The notes under the pieces are model-generated. The model was not told the DNA's origin. It searched no databases and saw only the letters and a list, made by a program, of their open reading frames with translations. The position numbers were made by a program, and so were the translations under genes. Shown in pieces: positions 1 through 13,706 of a stretch of DNA of 64,000 nt; within the stretch, counting starts at the first letter, position 1; each line of letters begins with the position of its first letter. The DNA comes from an uncultured Solirubrobacterales bacterium. GTDB lineage: Bacteria; Actinomycetota; Thermoleophilia; Solirubrobacterales; Solirubrobacteraceae. The stretch lies in NCBI GenBank assembly GCA_963729925.1, contig CAVSPS010000004.1, forward strand, positions 230,859 through 294,858, written 5' to 3'.

Positions 1-398
1 GCCTTCACGTTGACGCGTGCCGGCGCGATGCCGAGCGCGAGCGCCAAGCGCTCGCGAATCGCCTCGCGATGGGGCGCCAGCTTCGGGCGCTCCATCACAA
101 CGGTGGCGTCCACGTTGACCAGCTCCAGGCCCTGGGCGATCACGCGCGGGAGCACCGTCTGCAGCAGCCCGATCGAGTCGGCGTCGCGATAGCGCTCGTC
201 GCTGTCGGGGAAGTGCTCGCCAATGTCGCCGAGGCCCGCCGCCCCGAGCAAGGCATCGATCACGGCGTGCGTGAGCACGTCGGCGTCGGAGTGGCCGTCG
301 AGGCCGATCTCGCTGGGGATCTCCACGCCGCCCAGCACCAGCCGCCGCCCCGGCGAGAGACGGTGAGAGTCGTAACCGATGCCGCTGAGGGTGCTCAC
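1..398 (-). CDS. ispF: 2-C-methyl-D-erythritol 2,4-cyclodiphosphate synthase (3' end outside window)
   Basis: Manual translation from GTG 398: STLSGIGYDSHRL...LVLGGVEIP...GHSDADVLTHAVIDALLGAAGLGDIGEHFPD; GTGA overlap with the upstream gene. Confidence 0.95.
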   Translation of the reverse strand, partial: MSTLSGIGYDSHRLSPGRRLVLGGVEIPSEIGLDGHSDADVLTHAVIDALLGAAGLGDIGEHFPDSDERYRDADSIGLLQTVLPRVIAQGLELVNVDATVVMERPKLAPHREAIRERLALALGIAPARVNVK

Positions 399-1271
399 GC
401 GATCGCTGCCCCAATCGGCTCGAGGCGACGCTCGCGTCGGTCGAACGCGCACAACTCCCCCACGCCAAGCCGCTCCAGCAGCTCCAGAGCCTGGTCGTAG
501 TCCGCCCCGACGTCCTCGGGCCGGTGGGCATCGCTCGACAAGGCCACCGGGGCCCCGGCTTCCAGGCACATCTCCAGGAACGCCGGGGCCGGGTAGATCT
601 CCCGCACGGGCTTGCGCAGACCGGCGGTGGACACCTCGACGGCGATGCCCGACTCGGCGATGCCGTCGATGGCGAGCTCGTAGTAGCGCCGCAGGTCGCC
701 CTCGGGCACTGGACGGTCGCGGCGGGCGGGACCCCAAATCTTGACGAGATCGGGGTGGGCAAGGATGTCGAACAGTCCGCTGCGAGCCGCCTCTCCGAGC
801 GTGCGGAAATAGTCGCGCCAGACCTTCTCGACGGAGCGGCCGGGTTGGATGAACCCGCTGCCGCGTGGGGAGCCCCAAATGCTGTAGTCCTCCATGTCGA
901 GCGCGTGGTCGCGCAGGAAGTGCACGGACCCAACCACGTAGTCGAAGTCGCGCGCCTCCAAGAGGTTCGCGGTGCGGTCCTCAGCGCCGGGGATGAAGTC
1001 GGCCTCGATGCCCAGCCGCAGATCGGTTTGATCACGCACGAAGCCGCAGTACTCGTCGAGATCGTCGTGCGCGTGTTCGCGCCAGAACGGGTGGCTCCCA
1101 CACCTCCAGCGCCTGCGTGAAGCGGTGGACGTGCTCGGATACCCCCAGCTCGACGATGCCGCGCTCGCTCGCCACCTCGCGATAGCGCTCGACGTTGGCC
1201 GCGGTGAAGTGCTCGGCGGCAGTGGCGTCGAGATCGTCGGGGCGCAGGTGGAGGTGGTAGTCGGTGAGCAT
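395..1271 (-). CDS. PHP-domain histidinol-phosphatase (HisJ family), +1 frameshift near 1095
   Basis: MLTDYHLHL...GVSEH in ORF 1032..1271; GIEADF, DYVVGSVH, DILAHPD, SSDAHRP in ORF 395..1279. Confidence 0.85.
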
Positions 1272-1300
1272 CGGGCCAAGTCAAGCAGGCAGAGACGCCG

Positions 1301-1978
1301 CTATACCTTCCGGCGGTCGAGCAGCAGCTCGGCGAGCGCGAGGTCGAGCGGCGTGGTGACCTTGAGGTTGTCGGTCGGGGCGGACACGACCACCACCCGT
1401 CCGCCGGCGCGCTCGATCAGCCACGCGTCGTCGGTTGCCAGCGCCAGCACATCGTCTGGAACGTCCAATGCCCGCTCCAGGGCGCCGCGGCGAAACACCT
1501 GGGGCGTCTGTACCGCCCACAGGCCGGCGCGATCGAGCGTCTGCGTGACCACACCGCTCCCGTCGGCCAGCTTGACAGTGTCGGTGACGGGAGCGGCCGC
1601 GATCGCCCCGTCGATCCCCTCACGCTCGACGGCGGCCAGCGTGGCCCGCACCAGCTCGACCGTGGTCAAGGGGCGCGCGGCGTCGTGGACGAGCACCGGG
1701 TCGCCGGGGCCCGCGGCAGCGAGTGCCCTCTTCACGGACTCTGAGCGCACCGCGCCGCCCTCCGTGCAGACGGCGTTTGGCGGCAGCCGCAACCCCGCCG
1801 GAGCCTCACCCATCCCGGGGGGCAAGGCCACCACGATCCGTTCGATCGCGGGCACCTGGCTCAGGACATCCACGCTCCACTGGACGAGCGGCCGCCCAGC
1901 GAGCTCGACGAGCGCCTTGGGACGAGAAGCTCCAAGACGCTCGCCGCGCCCGGCGGCGACGATCAGCGCAACGGCCAA
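1301..1978 (-). CDS. ispD: 2-C-methyl-D-erythritol 4-phosphate cytidylyltransferase
   Basis: AAGRGERLG...PKA, VLVHDAARP, VQTPQVF, TDDA, NLKVTTPLDL. Confidence 0.95.
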   Translation of the reverse strand: MAVALIVAAGRGERLGASRPKALVELAGRPLVQWSVDVLSQVPAIERIVVALPPGMGEAPAGLRLPPNAVCTEGGAVRSESVKRALAAAGPGDPVLVHDAARPLTTVELVRATLAAVEREGIDGAIAAAPVTDTVKLADGSGVVTQTLDRAGLWAVQTPQVFRRGALERALDVPDDVLALATDDAWLIERAGGRVVVVSAPTDNLKVTTPLDLALAELLLDRRKV

Positions 1979-1984
1979 GCGCCG

Positions 1985-2588
1985 CTACTTGGCTGCGACG
2001 GCGCAGCTGGCTCGACGCGGAGGTCGCGAGCAGCTCGTCGAGGTAGCTCTCGGCCTCGTCCTCGTCCTTGTCGAGCGCGTACATGAGCTCTGACGCGAGG
2101 ATCTTCTTGGCGCGCGTGAACATCTGCTTCTCGCCGGTCGAGAGGCCCTTTTCGCTCTCCCGCAGCGCGAGGTTGCGAACGACCTCGGAGAGCTCGTAGA
2201 TGTCGCCCGTCTTGATCTTGTCGCGGTTGTGCTTGAAGCGCCGGTTCCAGTTCTTGGGCATCTCGGACACTTCGTCCTGAAGCACGTCGAGAACCTTCTT
2301 GACGGTCTCCTCGTCGATCACGCGACGCAGGCCCGCGAGGGCCGCGTTCTCCGTGGGGACCTTCACTGTCATGTCGTTGTGGAGGATCTTGATGGTGAGG
2401 TACTCGCGCGTGGTGCCGAGCACCTCCATGTCCTCCTTGCTCAAGACCTTGCCGGCGCCGTGGTGGGGGTACACGACGTGGTCTCCAAGCTCGAACTCGA
2501 TGCACTCGACCTCACGGGTCGCCTCGAGCTCCTCGATGAACGATGCCTCTGCGATTGCTGATGCGGGAATGGTGTCCTCCTTCGTCAC
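1985..2588 (-). CDS. carD: CarD family RNA polymerase-binding regulator (probable stop at 1985-1987 after a +1 indel near 2005)
   Basis: [33 protein letters not shown]; removing one base gives a TAG just before the ispD start. Confidence 0.9.
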
Positions 2589-2637
2589 GCCGGCAATGGG
2601 ACCGGCTCTGTCTCGCGCCGACCCGGGTCGGCTGTCG

Positions 2638-3748
2638 TCAAGTCTGCAAGTAGCGGTCCACGAGGTTGATCTCCTGCAGACGGCGCAGCCCCTCGCGGAT
2701 GTCCTTCGCCCTGATCTCCCCCACTCCCTCGACCGCCTCGAGCTCCGTGTCGGCGGAGGCGAGCAGCTCGTCCAAGCCGCCGAACTCCTTGACGATCTGC
2801 GCCACCACGAGCTTGGGCAGTCGCGGGATGCGCCCGAGGATGCGGTATCCGCGCGGAGCGACGGGGTAGTCGAGCGTGTTGAGCTTGCGGTCGTAGCCGA
2901 GCAGCTCCGCGATGCGGCCGAAGTCGAGCAGGTCCTGGTGGGCCAGACGGCCGATCTGGTCGAGCGCGGAGGCGAACGCCTCGTCGGAGTAGTCGGCCAG
3001 GTAGTCCTGCACGAGCGCCGCCTTCTCCGCGGCGGTGCCGAGGATCGTCTCCTCGAGCTGCATCTCGATCAAACGACCCTCGACGCCGAGCTCGACGATG
3101 TAGCGCTCGATCTCCACCGCCATCCGGGTCACGAGCTCCGAGCGCTGCAGCACGGTGAGCACGTCGTGGAGCGTCACGCCGCCCTCGAACTCGAGCGCCG
3201 TGAGGCGCGTGGAGACCTGGTCCAGGCGGGTGCGGTACTTGTCGAGCGTGGCGAGCGCCTGGTTGGCCTTGGAGAGCACCACGGTGATGTCTTCGAGGAT
3301 GTACTTCACGCCGTCCACGTACAGCGACACCACTTCGACGGCGCTCGGAGATCGCGATCACGAGCGCGTCGGTCTGCTTGGAGACGCGCTCGGCGGTGCG
3401 GTGGCGGGTGCCCGTCTCGTGCGAGAGGATCGTGGGGTCGGGCATCAGCTGGACGTTGGCCATCGCGATCTTGGTGGCGTTGGCGTTGAGGATCAGGGCG
3501 CCGTCCATCTTGGCCACCTGGTAGAGGAAGGCGGGCGTGTAGTCGATGTCGAGCTTGATGCCGCCCGAGAACAGGAAGCTGAGCTCCTCGGGCTCGCCGA
3601 TCACGATCAGCCCACCGGTGCGCGCCTGCAGGATGCTCTCGATGCCCTCCCGCAGCGCGGTCCCGGGAGCCACCATCTCCAGTGCCCTGACCAGACCGGG
3701 CTCGGGTCGCGCGTCCGTGTCGAAGTCTTCGCCGGATCGTGAGGCCAC
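2638..3748 (-). CDS. disA: DNA integrity scanning diadenylate cyclase, +1 frameshift near 3340
   Basis: [26 protein letters not shown] in one frame; KANQALATL and HhH VEGVG in the next; adjacent to radA. Confidence 0.92.
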
Positions 3749-3882
3749 AACTGGTCATTCTAGGGCATTTAGCCTTTTTTATCGGCTCCCTCGGGCGGTC
3801 GGCCAAGGCGAACGACCTCATCGGCGATTCCGATGAGCGAAAACGTGAATCGGGCGTCGATCCACGTGAGCCTATGTGGCGA

Positions 3883-5293
3883 CTATGCGGCGACCGAAGC
3901 CGGGCGCGTCCCACCTGCCGGAAGCGCGATCGAGAGCGCCTGTCGCAGCGTGGAGGCCTCGCGCGCCTGCTCGCCGCTGCCGGCGGGCGCCAGCACGCCC
4001 GAGAGGCCGTGCCTGGCGGCCTCCTCCAAGCGGCGCTCGGGATGACCCACCCAGCGCAGCTCGCCGGTGAGGCCGAGCTCGCCGAAGCACCCGCACGGGC
4101 GAGCCGTCGAGCGCGACCCCGCGCGCGGCCGACGCCACCGCGAGCGCGATCGCGAGGTCCACGCCGGGCTCGTCCACGCGCACGCCGCCGACGACGTTCA
4201 CGAATACGTCATGGCCGCCCACCCCGACTCCCCCGTGGCGACCGAGGATCGCCAGCACGAGCGCGAGCCGGTTGCGATCGAGGCCCGACACCACGCGTCG
4301 CGGCTGCTCGAGCTCCGAGGGCGCCACGAGCGCCTGCACCTCCACGAGCAGCGGCCGCGAGCCCTCCATCGCCGCGAGCACCACGCTCCCGGGCGCGCGC
4401 GTGGCCTCCGCCACGAAACGCGCGGAGGCGTCGAGCACCTCGACGAGCCCGCCCTGGCGCATCTCGAACAGGCCGGCCTCGTTGGTGGAGCCGAAGCGAT
4501 TCTTCAGGGCGCGCAGCTCGCGGTAGGGACGCTCGCGCTCGCCCTCGAACTGCAGCACGCAGTCCACCAGGTGCTCGAGCACGCGCGGGCCCGCCAACGC
4601 GCCGTCCTTGGTGACGTGCCCCACGAGCACCACAGCCGTTGAGCGCGCCTTGGCGAGTTCCATGATCCGAGTGGCGACCTCGCGCACCTGCCCCACGGAG
4701 CCGGGGGCGGGGCGGGTGGGCCCTGGTCCATCGCCGCAGCGCAGCGTCTGCACCGAGTCGATCACGCACACGCTCGGCCCGTGCGAGGCGATCGCGTCGA
4801 GCACCGCGTCGAGATCGGTCTCGGCGAGCACGGGCACCTCCAGAGCGCTCGGCTGCAGACGCTCGGCGCGCAGCCTCACCTGCTCGGCGGACTCCTCGCC
4901 GCTCACATACAGCGTCTTGTGTCCGGCTCCCGCGATGTTGCCGAGCGCCATGTTCGTGAGCGTCGACTTGCCGATCCCGGGCGAGCCGCCGAGCAGCACC
5001 AGCGAACCGGGCACGAGCCCGCCGCCGAGCACACGGTCGAGCTCGCCGATGCCGGTCTGCAGGCGCGCCACCGGAGCGGACACCACCTGCGAGAGCGCCA
5101 CGAGCGGGGCGCCCCGCGCGCCTGCGCGCGCCCGCGCGCGCACACGGGGCATGCCATTTCGATCGACATCACCCACCGCCGATCGCTCCTCCACGAGCGT
5201 GTTCCAGGCGCCGCAGCCGGGGCACTGCCCGTGCCACTGGGCCGAGGAGAGCCCGCACTGCGAGCAGATGTGAATGGTCTGAGGCCGAGCCAC
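3883..5293 (-). CDS. radA: DNA repair protein RadA/Sms, +1 frameshift near 4095
   Basis: CSQCG...GQCPGC zinc finger, GSPGIGKS, KNRFG; CFGELGLTGELR continues in the shifted frame to TAG at 3883. Confidence 0.93.
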
Positions 5294-5303
5294 TGAGCGC
5301 AGA

Positions 5304-5804
5304 CTACGCCGCGCCCCCGACGACCTGAGAGCGGCGCTCGTAGAGCATCACGTCGCGCCATCTCCCGTCGCGCATCTTGCCCACCCGCTCGCGCCGGCCG
5401 ACCAGGCGGAAGCCACAGCCCTCGTGCAGGGCGATCGAGCCCTCGTTCTCGGGGAAGATCCCAGCTTGCATCGTCCAGAAGCCGGCGCGCTCGGAGAACT
5501 CGATCAGGGCGGTGAGCAGCACGCTGCCGATGCCACGACGGGCGTGGCTTTGATCGACGTACACGCCGACCTCCCCCACCCCCCGGTACACCGCACGAGC
5601 GGACACCAGACTGAGCGCCGCCCATCCGAGCACAACCCCCGCCTCGTCGCGGGCAACCAGGCAGGGGTCTTCGACGCGCGCGGAGCGCCACTGCTCCCAG
5701 CTGGGGACGGTGTGCTCGAAGGTGGCGTTACCGCCGGCGATCCCTTCACCGTAGATGCGCGCCACCGACGGCCAGTCCTCGGCCGTCATCTGTAAGACGG
5801 TCAC
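5304..5804 (-). CDS. GNAT N-acetyltransferase, phosphinothricin/L-amino acid acetyltransferase family
   Basis: IYGEGIAGGNATFE, VYRGVGEVGVYV, GIFPENEGSIALHEGCGF, WRDV. Confidence 0.85.
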   Translation of the reverse strand: MTVLQMTAEDWPSVARIYGEGIAGGNATFEHTVPSWEQWRSARVEDPCLVARDEAGVVLGWAALSLVSARAVYRGVGEVGVYVDQSHARRGIGSVLLTALIEFSERAGFWTMQAGIFPENEGSIALHEGCGFRLVGRRERVGKMRDGRWRDVMLYERRSQVVGGAA

Positions 5805-5857
5805 GCGCGCACGCTCGGCGCGGGCTGTAGGAGGCGGAGTGCTCAGCTTCGCTCGGC

Positions 5858-8437
<2,580 letters not shown>

Positions 8438-8534
8438 GGGGTGCTTCCTTCCTGTGCGAGCCGCACGCCTCGCACTGCGGTCCTCTGGCGCCTTTCAGGC
8501 AGTCTACCAACCGGCTATGCGGTCCTCGTGACCT

Positions 8535-10076
8535 TCAGTCGCGCATCGCGGGAAACAGCACGACCTCGCGAATCGAGGCGCGGCCGGTGAGCAGCATGAC
8601 GAGCCGGTCGATCCCCACGCCCACGCCGCCCGTGGGGGGCATGCCGTGCTCGAGCGCCTCCAGGAAGAGCTCGTCGTGGGGCTGGGTCTGCTCGTCGCCG
8701 GCGAGCGCGAGGCGCCGCTGCGACTCGAAGCGCTCGCGCTGCTCGTCGGGGTCGGTCAGCTCTGAGAAGGCGTTCGCGATCTCCATGCCCCCGGCGAACG
8801 CCTCCCAGCGCTCTGCCAGGCCCTCCTCGGAGCGGTGGGCGCGCGCAAACGGGGAGAGCTCGATCGGGTAGTCGAGCACGAACGTGGGCTGCACCAGGGT
8901 GGGCTCCACGTACTTGGAGAGCAGGTCGTCGGCGAGCGCCGGCCAGGTGAGCCCCTCGGTGGGCATCGACAGGCCGCGCTCGGCGATCGCCGCGACGAGC
9001 GAGGGGGCATCGCGATGGGCGCGCAGGTCGATGCCGACGCCCTCCCGCACGGCCTCCACGAACCCGACTCGCCGCCACGGCGGGGCGAAGTCGATGGAGC
9101 CCTCGTAGCCGACGGCGGCGGCCACGCCCGCGACCATCGCCTCCATGCGCGATGCCGCGTGGGTGTAGTCGGCGTAGGCCTCGTACCACTCGACCATCGT
9201 GAACTCGGGGTTGTGCTTGGTGGAGAGGCCCTCGTTGCGGAAGTCCTTGCCGAGCTCATACACGCGCTCGAGCCCTCCCACGATGAGACGCTTGAGGTAG
9301 AGCTCCGTGGCGATCCGCAGATAGAGCTCGCGGTCGAGCGCGTTGTGGTGGGTGGTGAACGGGCGCGCCAGCGCGCCACCGTAGAGCGGCTGCAGGACGG
9401 GCGTCTCGACCTCCAGGAAGCCCTGACCGTCGAGATAGGCGCGCACGGCCGACACGATGCGAGCGCGGTCGACGAACAGCTTGCGGGCGTCAACGCTTGA
9501 GATCAGGTCGAGCTCGCGGTGGCGGTGGCGCGTCTCCACGTCGATCAGCCCGGCGTGCTTGTCGGGCGGCGGGCGCAGCGCCTTGCCAAGGATCTGGAAG
9601 CCGTCCACCCTCAGCGTGAGCTCGCCGTGGCGGGAGCGCAGCGGAGCGCCGTCGACGCCCAAGAGGTCGCCGAGGTCGAGTGAGAGCAGCTGCTTGAGGG
9701 TGTCCGCCCCGAGCACGTCGGCGCGCGCGTGCAGCTGGATCTTGCCCGTGCGGTCGACGAGGTCGAGGAACGCCGCCTTGCCGGCCCCGCGCCGCGCGGC
9801 CAGGCGACCCGCGACACGATGGCGGTCGTCCGTCTCCTCGCCCACCTGCAGGCGCTCATAGGCCGCGCGAATGTCCCCTATCGGCTCGACGTGGGGGTAG
9901 CAGTAGGGCGCTATGTCCGCCCCCGCCTCGCGCAGCCGCTGCGCCTTGGCGCGCCGCTCGGCGATCAGCGCGGGCAGGCCGTGCGCTGTGTGTGCTTCGC
10001 CAGAGGATCCCTCGCGCGCGCGCGCGAGTCCCCCCGAACCGGAATGCTCCCGCTCCTCGTCCTCGCTCTCGCTCAC
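8535..10076 (-). CDS. lysS: Lysine--tRNA ligase (class II)
   Basis: GGALARPFTTHHNAL, LRIATELYLKRL, FRNEG...HNPEF, GMPPTGG.GIDRL. Confidence 0.97.
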   Translation of the reverse strand: MSESEDEEREHSGSGGLARAREGSSGEAHTAHGLPALIAERRAKAQRLREAGADIAPYCYPHVEPIGDIRAAYERLQVGEETDDRHRVAGRLAARRGAGKAAFLDLVDRTGKIQLHARADVLGADTLKQLLSLDLGDLLGVDGAPLRSRHGELTLRVDGFQILGKALRPPPDKHAGLIDVETRHRHRELDLISSVDARKLFVDRARIVSAVRAYLDGQGFLEVETPVLQPLYGGALARPFTTHHNALDRELYLRIATELYLKRLIVGGLERVYELGKDFRNEGLSTKHNPEFTMVEWYEAYADYTHAASRMEAMVAGVAAAVGYEGSIDFAPPWRRVGFVEAVREGVGIDLRAHRDAPSLVAAIAERGLSMPTEGLTWPALADDLLSKYVEPTLVQPTFVLDYPIELSPFARAHRSEEGLAERWEAFAGGMEIANAFSELTDPDEQRERFESQRRLALAGDEQTQPHDELFLEALEHGMPPTGGVGVGIDRLVMLLTGRASIREVVLFPAMRD

Positions 10077-10085
10077 GCGCGGAGC

Positions 10086-10571
10086 CTATTTGAGTCCAAC
10101 GTCGATCTTCGTGATCTTCAGCTTGCGGGCGGGACCGCGCGGCACCTTGACGGCGACGACGTCGTTGCGCTTGCGGCCGATCAGGGCGCGGCCGACGGGC
10201 GACTCATTGGAGAGCTTGGCCTCCTGCGGGTTGGCCTCGGCGGAGCCGACGATCGTGTACTTGACCGACTTGCCCGTCTTCTCGTCCTTGACGTGCACAA
10301 CCGATCCGACCCCCACGATGTCGGTGGAGATCTCCTTGGAGTCGATGACCGTGGCCATACGCAGCTTCTCCTGTAGCGTTGCGATGCGGCTCTCGAGCAT
10401 CGCCTGCTCGTTCTTGGCGTCGTCGTACTCTGCGTTCTCGGAGATGTCGCCGAACTCGCGTGCTTCCTTGATCCGTTCAGCCACCTCGCGGCGCTTGGCG
10501 GTGGAGAGCAGCTCGAGCTCGTCTTTGAGCTTCTCGAGACCTTCGGGGGTTAGGATTACGTCCTTCGGCAT
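10086..10571 (-). CDS. greA: Transcription elongation factor GreA
   Basis: [11 protein letters not shown]...[27 protein letters not shown]. Confidence 0.95.
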   Translation of the reverse strand: MPKDVILTPEGLEKLKDELELLSTAKRREVAERIKEAREFGDISENAEYDDAKNEQAMLESRIATLQEKLRMATVIDSKEISTDIVGVGSVVHVKDEKTGKSVKYTIVGSAEANPQEAKLSNESPVGRALIGRKRNDVVAVKVPRGPARKLKITKIDVGLK

Positions 10572-10621
10572 GTGGGGTGGGCGGGTGTTGACTCCGCGGG
10601 GTTGACGTTGACCAGACGATG

Positions 10622-10645
10622 AAAACCCCGCCTGCGGCGGGGAAA
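10622..10645 (-). terminator. Terminator-like hairpin in the greA 5' leader
   Basis: Minus strand CCCCGCC-GCA-GGCGGGG followed by TTTT, downstream of a TATACT -10-like hexamer at 10677-10682. Confidence 0.5.
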
Positions 10646-10723
10646 TCGCCGCGCTTGAGCGTGCAGCGAGCGCAGCAGTATAGCGAGACGAATTGCCCTG
10701 CCTGAACGGTGCTTTGCAGGCGA

Positions 10724-11911
10724 TCAGGCGGCCACCGGCGCCGCCGCCTCCTCGCCCGCGAGCGCCTGCCACAGCGGGTCTCCTCGACGATCGGCGAGCA
10801 GTCGCCTGGCCTGCTCCAGGGTGGAGGCCTGTTGGAGGGACTCTCCGAGCCGCTTGGCATGCGCCTTTTCGAGACCCAGGCGCACGACGTACCACGGGTA
10901 GAACTTGCGCAGGTAGCGCGTCGCGCGCTGAAGCCCCAGATGCTCTATCGCGCGGTCGATCGTCCAGTCGAGCTCGTCGAGGACTTGCGCGCGCGTGGGA
11001 GAAGCTTCACAGACCCCCAGGACCTGTTGGAAGAGCCACGGGTTGCCGAGCGAGCCGCGCGCGAGCATCACGGCCGTGGCGCCCGTCTGATGGAAGGCGG
11101 CGAGCGTGCTCTCGGCGTCGTGGAGCCCGCCCGTGAGGATGACCGGCGCATCGAGCGTTTGGGCGAGCCGCGAAGCGAGCTCGTAGTCGGGGACGCCCTT
11201 GTGGTGGACGGCGGCGGAGCGCGGATGAAAGGCGATCGCCGCCACCCCCGCCTCGCGCACGAGGCGATGGGCGAGCTCGAAGCCGCTCGTGTCCCCGGGA
11301 CGCCTGCCGGAGCGCAGCTTGACCGTCACCGGCAGCCCTGCGCCTTCGCGGGCGGCGCGCGCGACGGCGACCGCGGCGTCGGGATCGTCGAGCAGGGCGG
11401 CGCCCGCGCCGCTCTTGCAGACCTTCGGCACGGGACAGCCCATGTTGAGGTCGATCGCGTCGGCGCCGGCTCGCGCGGCGGTTGCGGCGGCGACGCGCAT
11501 CACAGCAGGGTCCTGGCCGAACAGCTGGATCGAGACGATCCCGGCCGACGCGGCGGTCTCATTCGCCTCCCCGCTCCCGTCCGGCGTGCGCGAGCCCAGC
11601 TCCCCGCTCCCATGCGGCGTGCGCGAGCCCACCTCCCCGCCGCCCAGGGTGGGCGAGACGGGGGTGGGCGGAGCTCCTATCTTGTACTCGCGGGGGTCGA
11701 TACGCAGCATCTCCACGCAGGTGCGCTCGTTGCCGTGGAAGATCGCGTGGGAGGAGACCATCTCCGAGACCGCCATCCCAGCGCCATAGCGCTTGGCCTG
11801 GAGCCGCACGAACCAGTTGCCGATGCCCGCCAGCGGGGCGAGCATCACGCGATTGGGAACCTTGAGGGGTCCGAGCGCCCAGGTATCTGTGAGGCGGGCG
11901 GGGGTTGCCAC
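10724..11911 (-). CDS. tRNA-dihydrouridine synthase (DusB-like) with a repeat insertion
   Basis: [42 protein letters not shown]. Confidence 0.9.
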   Translation of the reverse strand: MATPARLTDTWALGPLKVPNRVMLAPLAGIGNWFVRLQAKRYGAGMAVSEMVSSHAIFHGNERTCVEMLRIDPREYKIGAPPTPVSPTLGGGEVGSRTPHGSGELGSRTPDGSGEANETAASAGIVSIQLFGQDPAVMRVAAATAARAGADAIDLNMGCPVPKVCKSGAGAALLDDPDAAVAVARAAREGAGLPVTVKLRSGRRPGDTSGFELAHRLVREAGVAAIAFHPRSAAVHHKGVPDYELASRLAQTLDAPVILTGGLHDAESTLAAFHQTGATAVMLARGSLGNPWLFQQVLGVCEASPTRAQVLDELDWTIDRAIEHLGLQRATRYLRKFYPWYVVRLGLEKAHAKRLGESLQQASTLEQARRLLADRRGDPLWQALAGEEAAAPVAA

Positions 11912-11940
11912 CTGCCCATTATCGTGAGGGCCGAAGATAA

Positions 11941-12034
11941 AGGCCGAGAGGTGTATATATACTTTTTGGAAATTTTACTATTGTGGATACAAAGTGTATA
12001 GACTATCGCAAAATTTCAAAATAGAACACACACC
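11941..12034. repeat. AT-rich inverted-repeat element, copy 1
   Basis: TTTGGAAATTTTAC (11965-11978), 29-nt spacer, GCAAAATTTCAAAA (12008-12021); homologous to 57707-57802. Confidence 0.75.
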
Positions 12035-12122
12035 ATCTCCGACCCTTGAGGTTGCTCCAGGTTGCTCCACCCGTTCCACAAGCTCTCTCGACGGGCCCGC
12101 GCGGTCAACCACGAGATCGTCC

Positions 12123-12890
12123 TCATTGGGCGTTGAGCTCGTGGATGAGGCGCAGGCCCGTGAGCGTGAGCAGGTCGTCGACCTCCTCGATCTCCTCGGT
12201 GAAGGGGACCACGAGGTGGGCGAGCCCCCCGGTGGCGACGACCGGGGCGCGACCGCCGAGCTCGTCGTAGAGGCGGCGCAGGATCGCGTCGATGGCGCCT
12301 GCGTAGCCGAACACGACGCCTGAGCGGATCGCATCGATGGTGTTCTTGGCGATGACGGTCTTCGGAGGGGCCAGCTCGACCTTGGGCAGGCGCGCGCCGC
12401 GCTCGGTGAGCGCGTCGAGCGATATTTCGATGCCGGTCATGAGTGAGCCGCCGATGTAGTCGCCGTCGGAGGAGACGACGTCGAAGGTGGTGGCGGTGCC
12501 GAAGTCCACGCAGACCGCGGGGCCGCCGAAGCGCGCGCGCAGGGCTACCGCGTTGACCAGGCGATCGGCCCCGATCTCGCGGGGATTGTCGTAGCGGATC
12601 GCCATGCCCGTCTTCAGGCCCGGGCCCACGACCAGCATCTCGTGGCCGAGATAGCGCTCGGCCATCGCGGTCCATTCGGGCTCCAGGTGGGGGACCGTCG
12701 AGGAGACGATCGAAGCGGCAAGATCCTCGAAGGAGAGGCCGCGCAGCTCCAGCAGGTTGGCAAGCGCGGCGCCCAGCTGGTCCGCGGTGGACTCGCGCAC
12801 CGTGGCGAAGCGCCAGTGCTCGACGAGCTCCTCGCCACGAAAGGCGCCGAAGTGGGTTTGGGTGTTGCCGACGTCGACGACAAGCAGCAT
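12123..12890 (-). CDS. coaX: Type III pantothenate kinase
   Basis: LLVVDVGNT, IGADR, VDFGTATT, VVATGG. Confidence 0.95.
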   Translation of the reverse strand: MLLVVDVGNTQTHFGAFRGEELVEHWRFATVRESTADQLGAALANLLELRGLSFEDLAASIVSSTVPHLEPEWTAMAERYLGHEMLVVGPGLKTGMAIRYDNPREIGADRLVNAVALRARFGGPAVCVDFGTATTFDVVSSDGDYIGGSLMTGIEISLDALTERGARLPKVELAPPKTVIAKNTIDAIRSGVVFGYAGAIDAILRRLYDELGGRAPVVATGGLAHLVVPFTEEIEEVDDLLTLTGLRLIHELNAQ

Positions 12891-12959
12891 GGCGGGGAAT
12901 TATGCGGCTATCTCATGCGCGCTGCACGTAGCCATGTGATGACCGTATGCTGTCCAGTC

Positions 12960-13706
12960 GTGAAGGTGAAGCTGTACGCACTGCCGGGCTCCCATCCGTG
13001 CGCCGCCGTGGAGGTGGCGCTGCGAATGAAGTCAATCGACTACGAGCGCGTCGATCTGCTGCCGCTGAGCCAGCTCTTGATCGGGCCGTTGCGCTACGGC
13101 GGCAACACGGTGCCGGGCCTGCGCATCGACGGCGAGCGACTGGCGGGATCACGCACGATCATGCGTCGCTTGGACTCGCTGGTGCCCGAGCCGGCGCTGC
13201 TGCCGCCGCCCTCTGACGCGGTGGCGCGCGCGCGGGTGCTGGAGGCCGAGCGATGGGGCGACGAGGTGTTACAGAGCGTGCCGCGGCGCCTCCTCGACGC
13301 GGCGTTCCTGCGCGATCCGGGCTGCATGGAGAGCTATGCCGGCGACGCGAAGCTGCCGTTGCCGCGCACGATGCTGCGCCCGGCGCTGCCGCTGACCGCC
13401 AAGCTGATGGCGAAGCGCAACAAGGCCGACGACGAGAAAGCGCGGGCCGACATGGCGGCGCTGCCGGCGCAGCTCGACCACATCGACGCCTGGATCGCCG
13501 ATGGAGTGCTGGGCGGCGAGCAGCCGAACGCCGCGGACCTGCAGATCGGCAGCTCGATCCGCCTGCTGATGACGATCGGCGACGTGAGGCCGATGATCGA
13601 AGGCCGCCCCGCGCTGAGCCTCACACGCTGGTTCGAGCCGCAGGCCGGCGAAACGCCCGCCGGTACCCTGCCGGGCGAGTGGCTGCCGGCGCCCGCAACG
13701 GCCTGA
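12960..13706 (+). CDS. Glutathione S-transferase-like protein
   Basis: KLYALPGSHPC, TVPGLRIDGERLAGSRTI (GST-N), PNAADLQIG (GST-C N-cap). Confidence 0.8.
   Translation: MKVKLYALPGSHPCAAVEVALRMKSIDYERVDLLPLSQLLIGPLRYGGNTVPGLRIDGERLAGSRTIMRRLDSLVPEPALLPPPSDAVARARVLEAERWGDEVLQSVPRRLLDAAFLRDPGCMESYAGDAKLPLPRTMLRPALPLTAKLMAKRNKADDEKARADMAALPAQLDHIDAWIADGVLGGEQPNAADLQIGSSIRLLMTIGDVRPMIEGRPALSLTRWFEPQAGETPAGTLPGEWLPAPATA

Noticed and set aside
1806..1984. CarD C-terminal extension overlapping ispD
   Set aside because: Removing one base near 2005 restores a TAG at 1985-1987 just before ispD.
2638..5293. disA and radA as pseudogenes or programmed frameshifts
   Set aside because: Single +1 indels with intact sequence on both sides and no shared slippery motif; the same pattern recurs in many genes, so an artefact is more likely.
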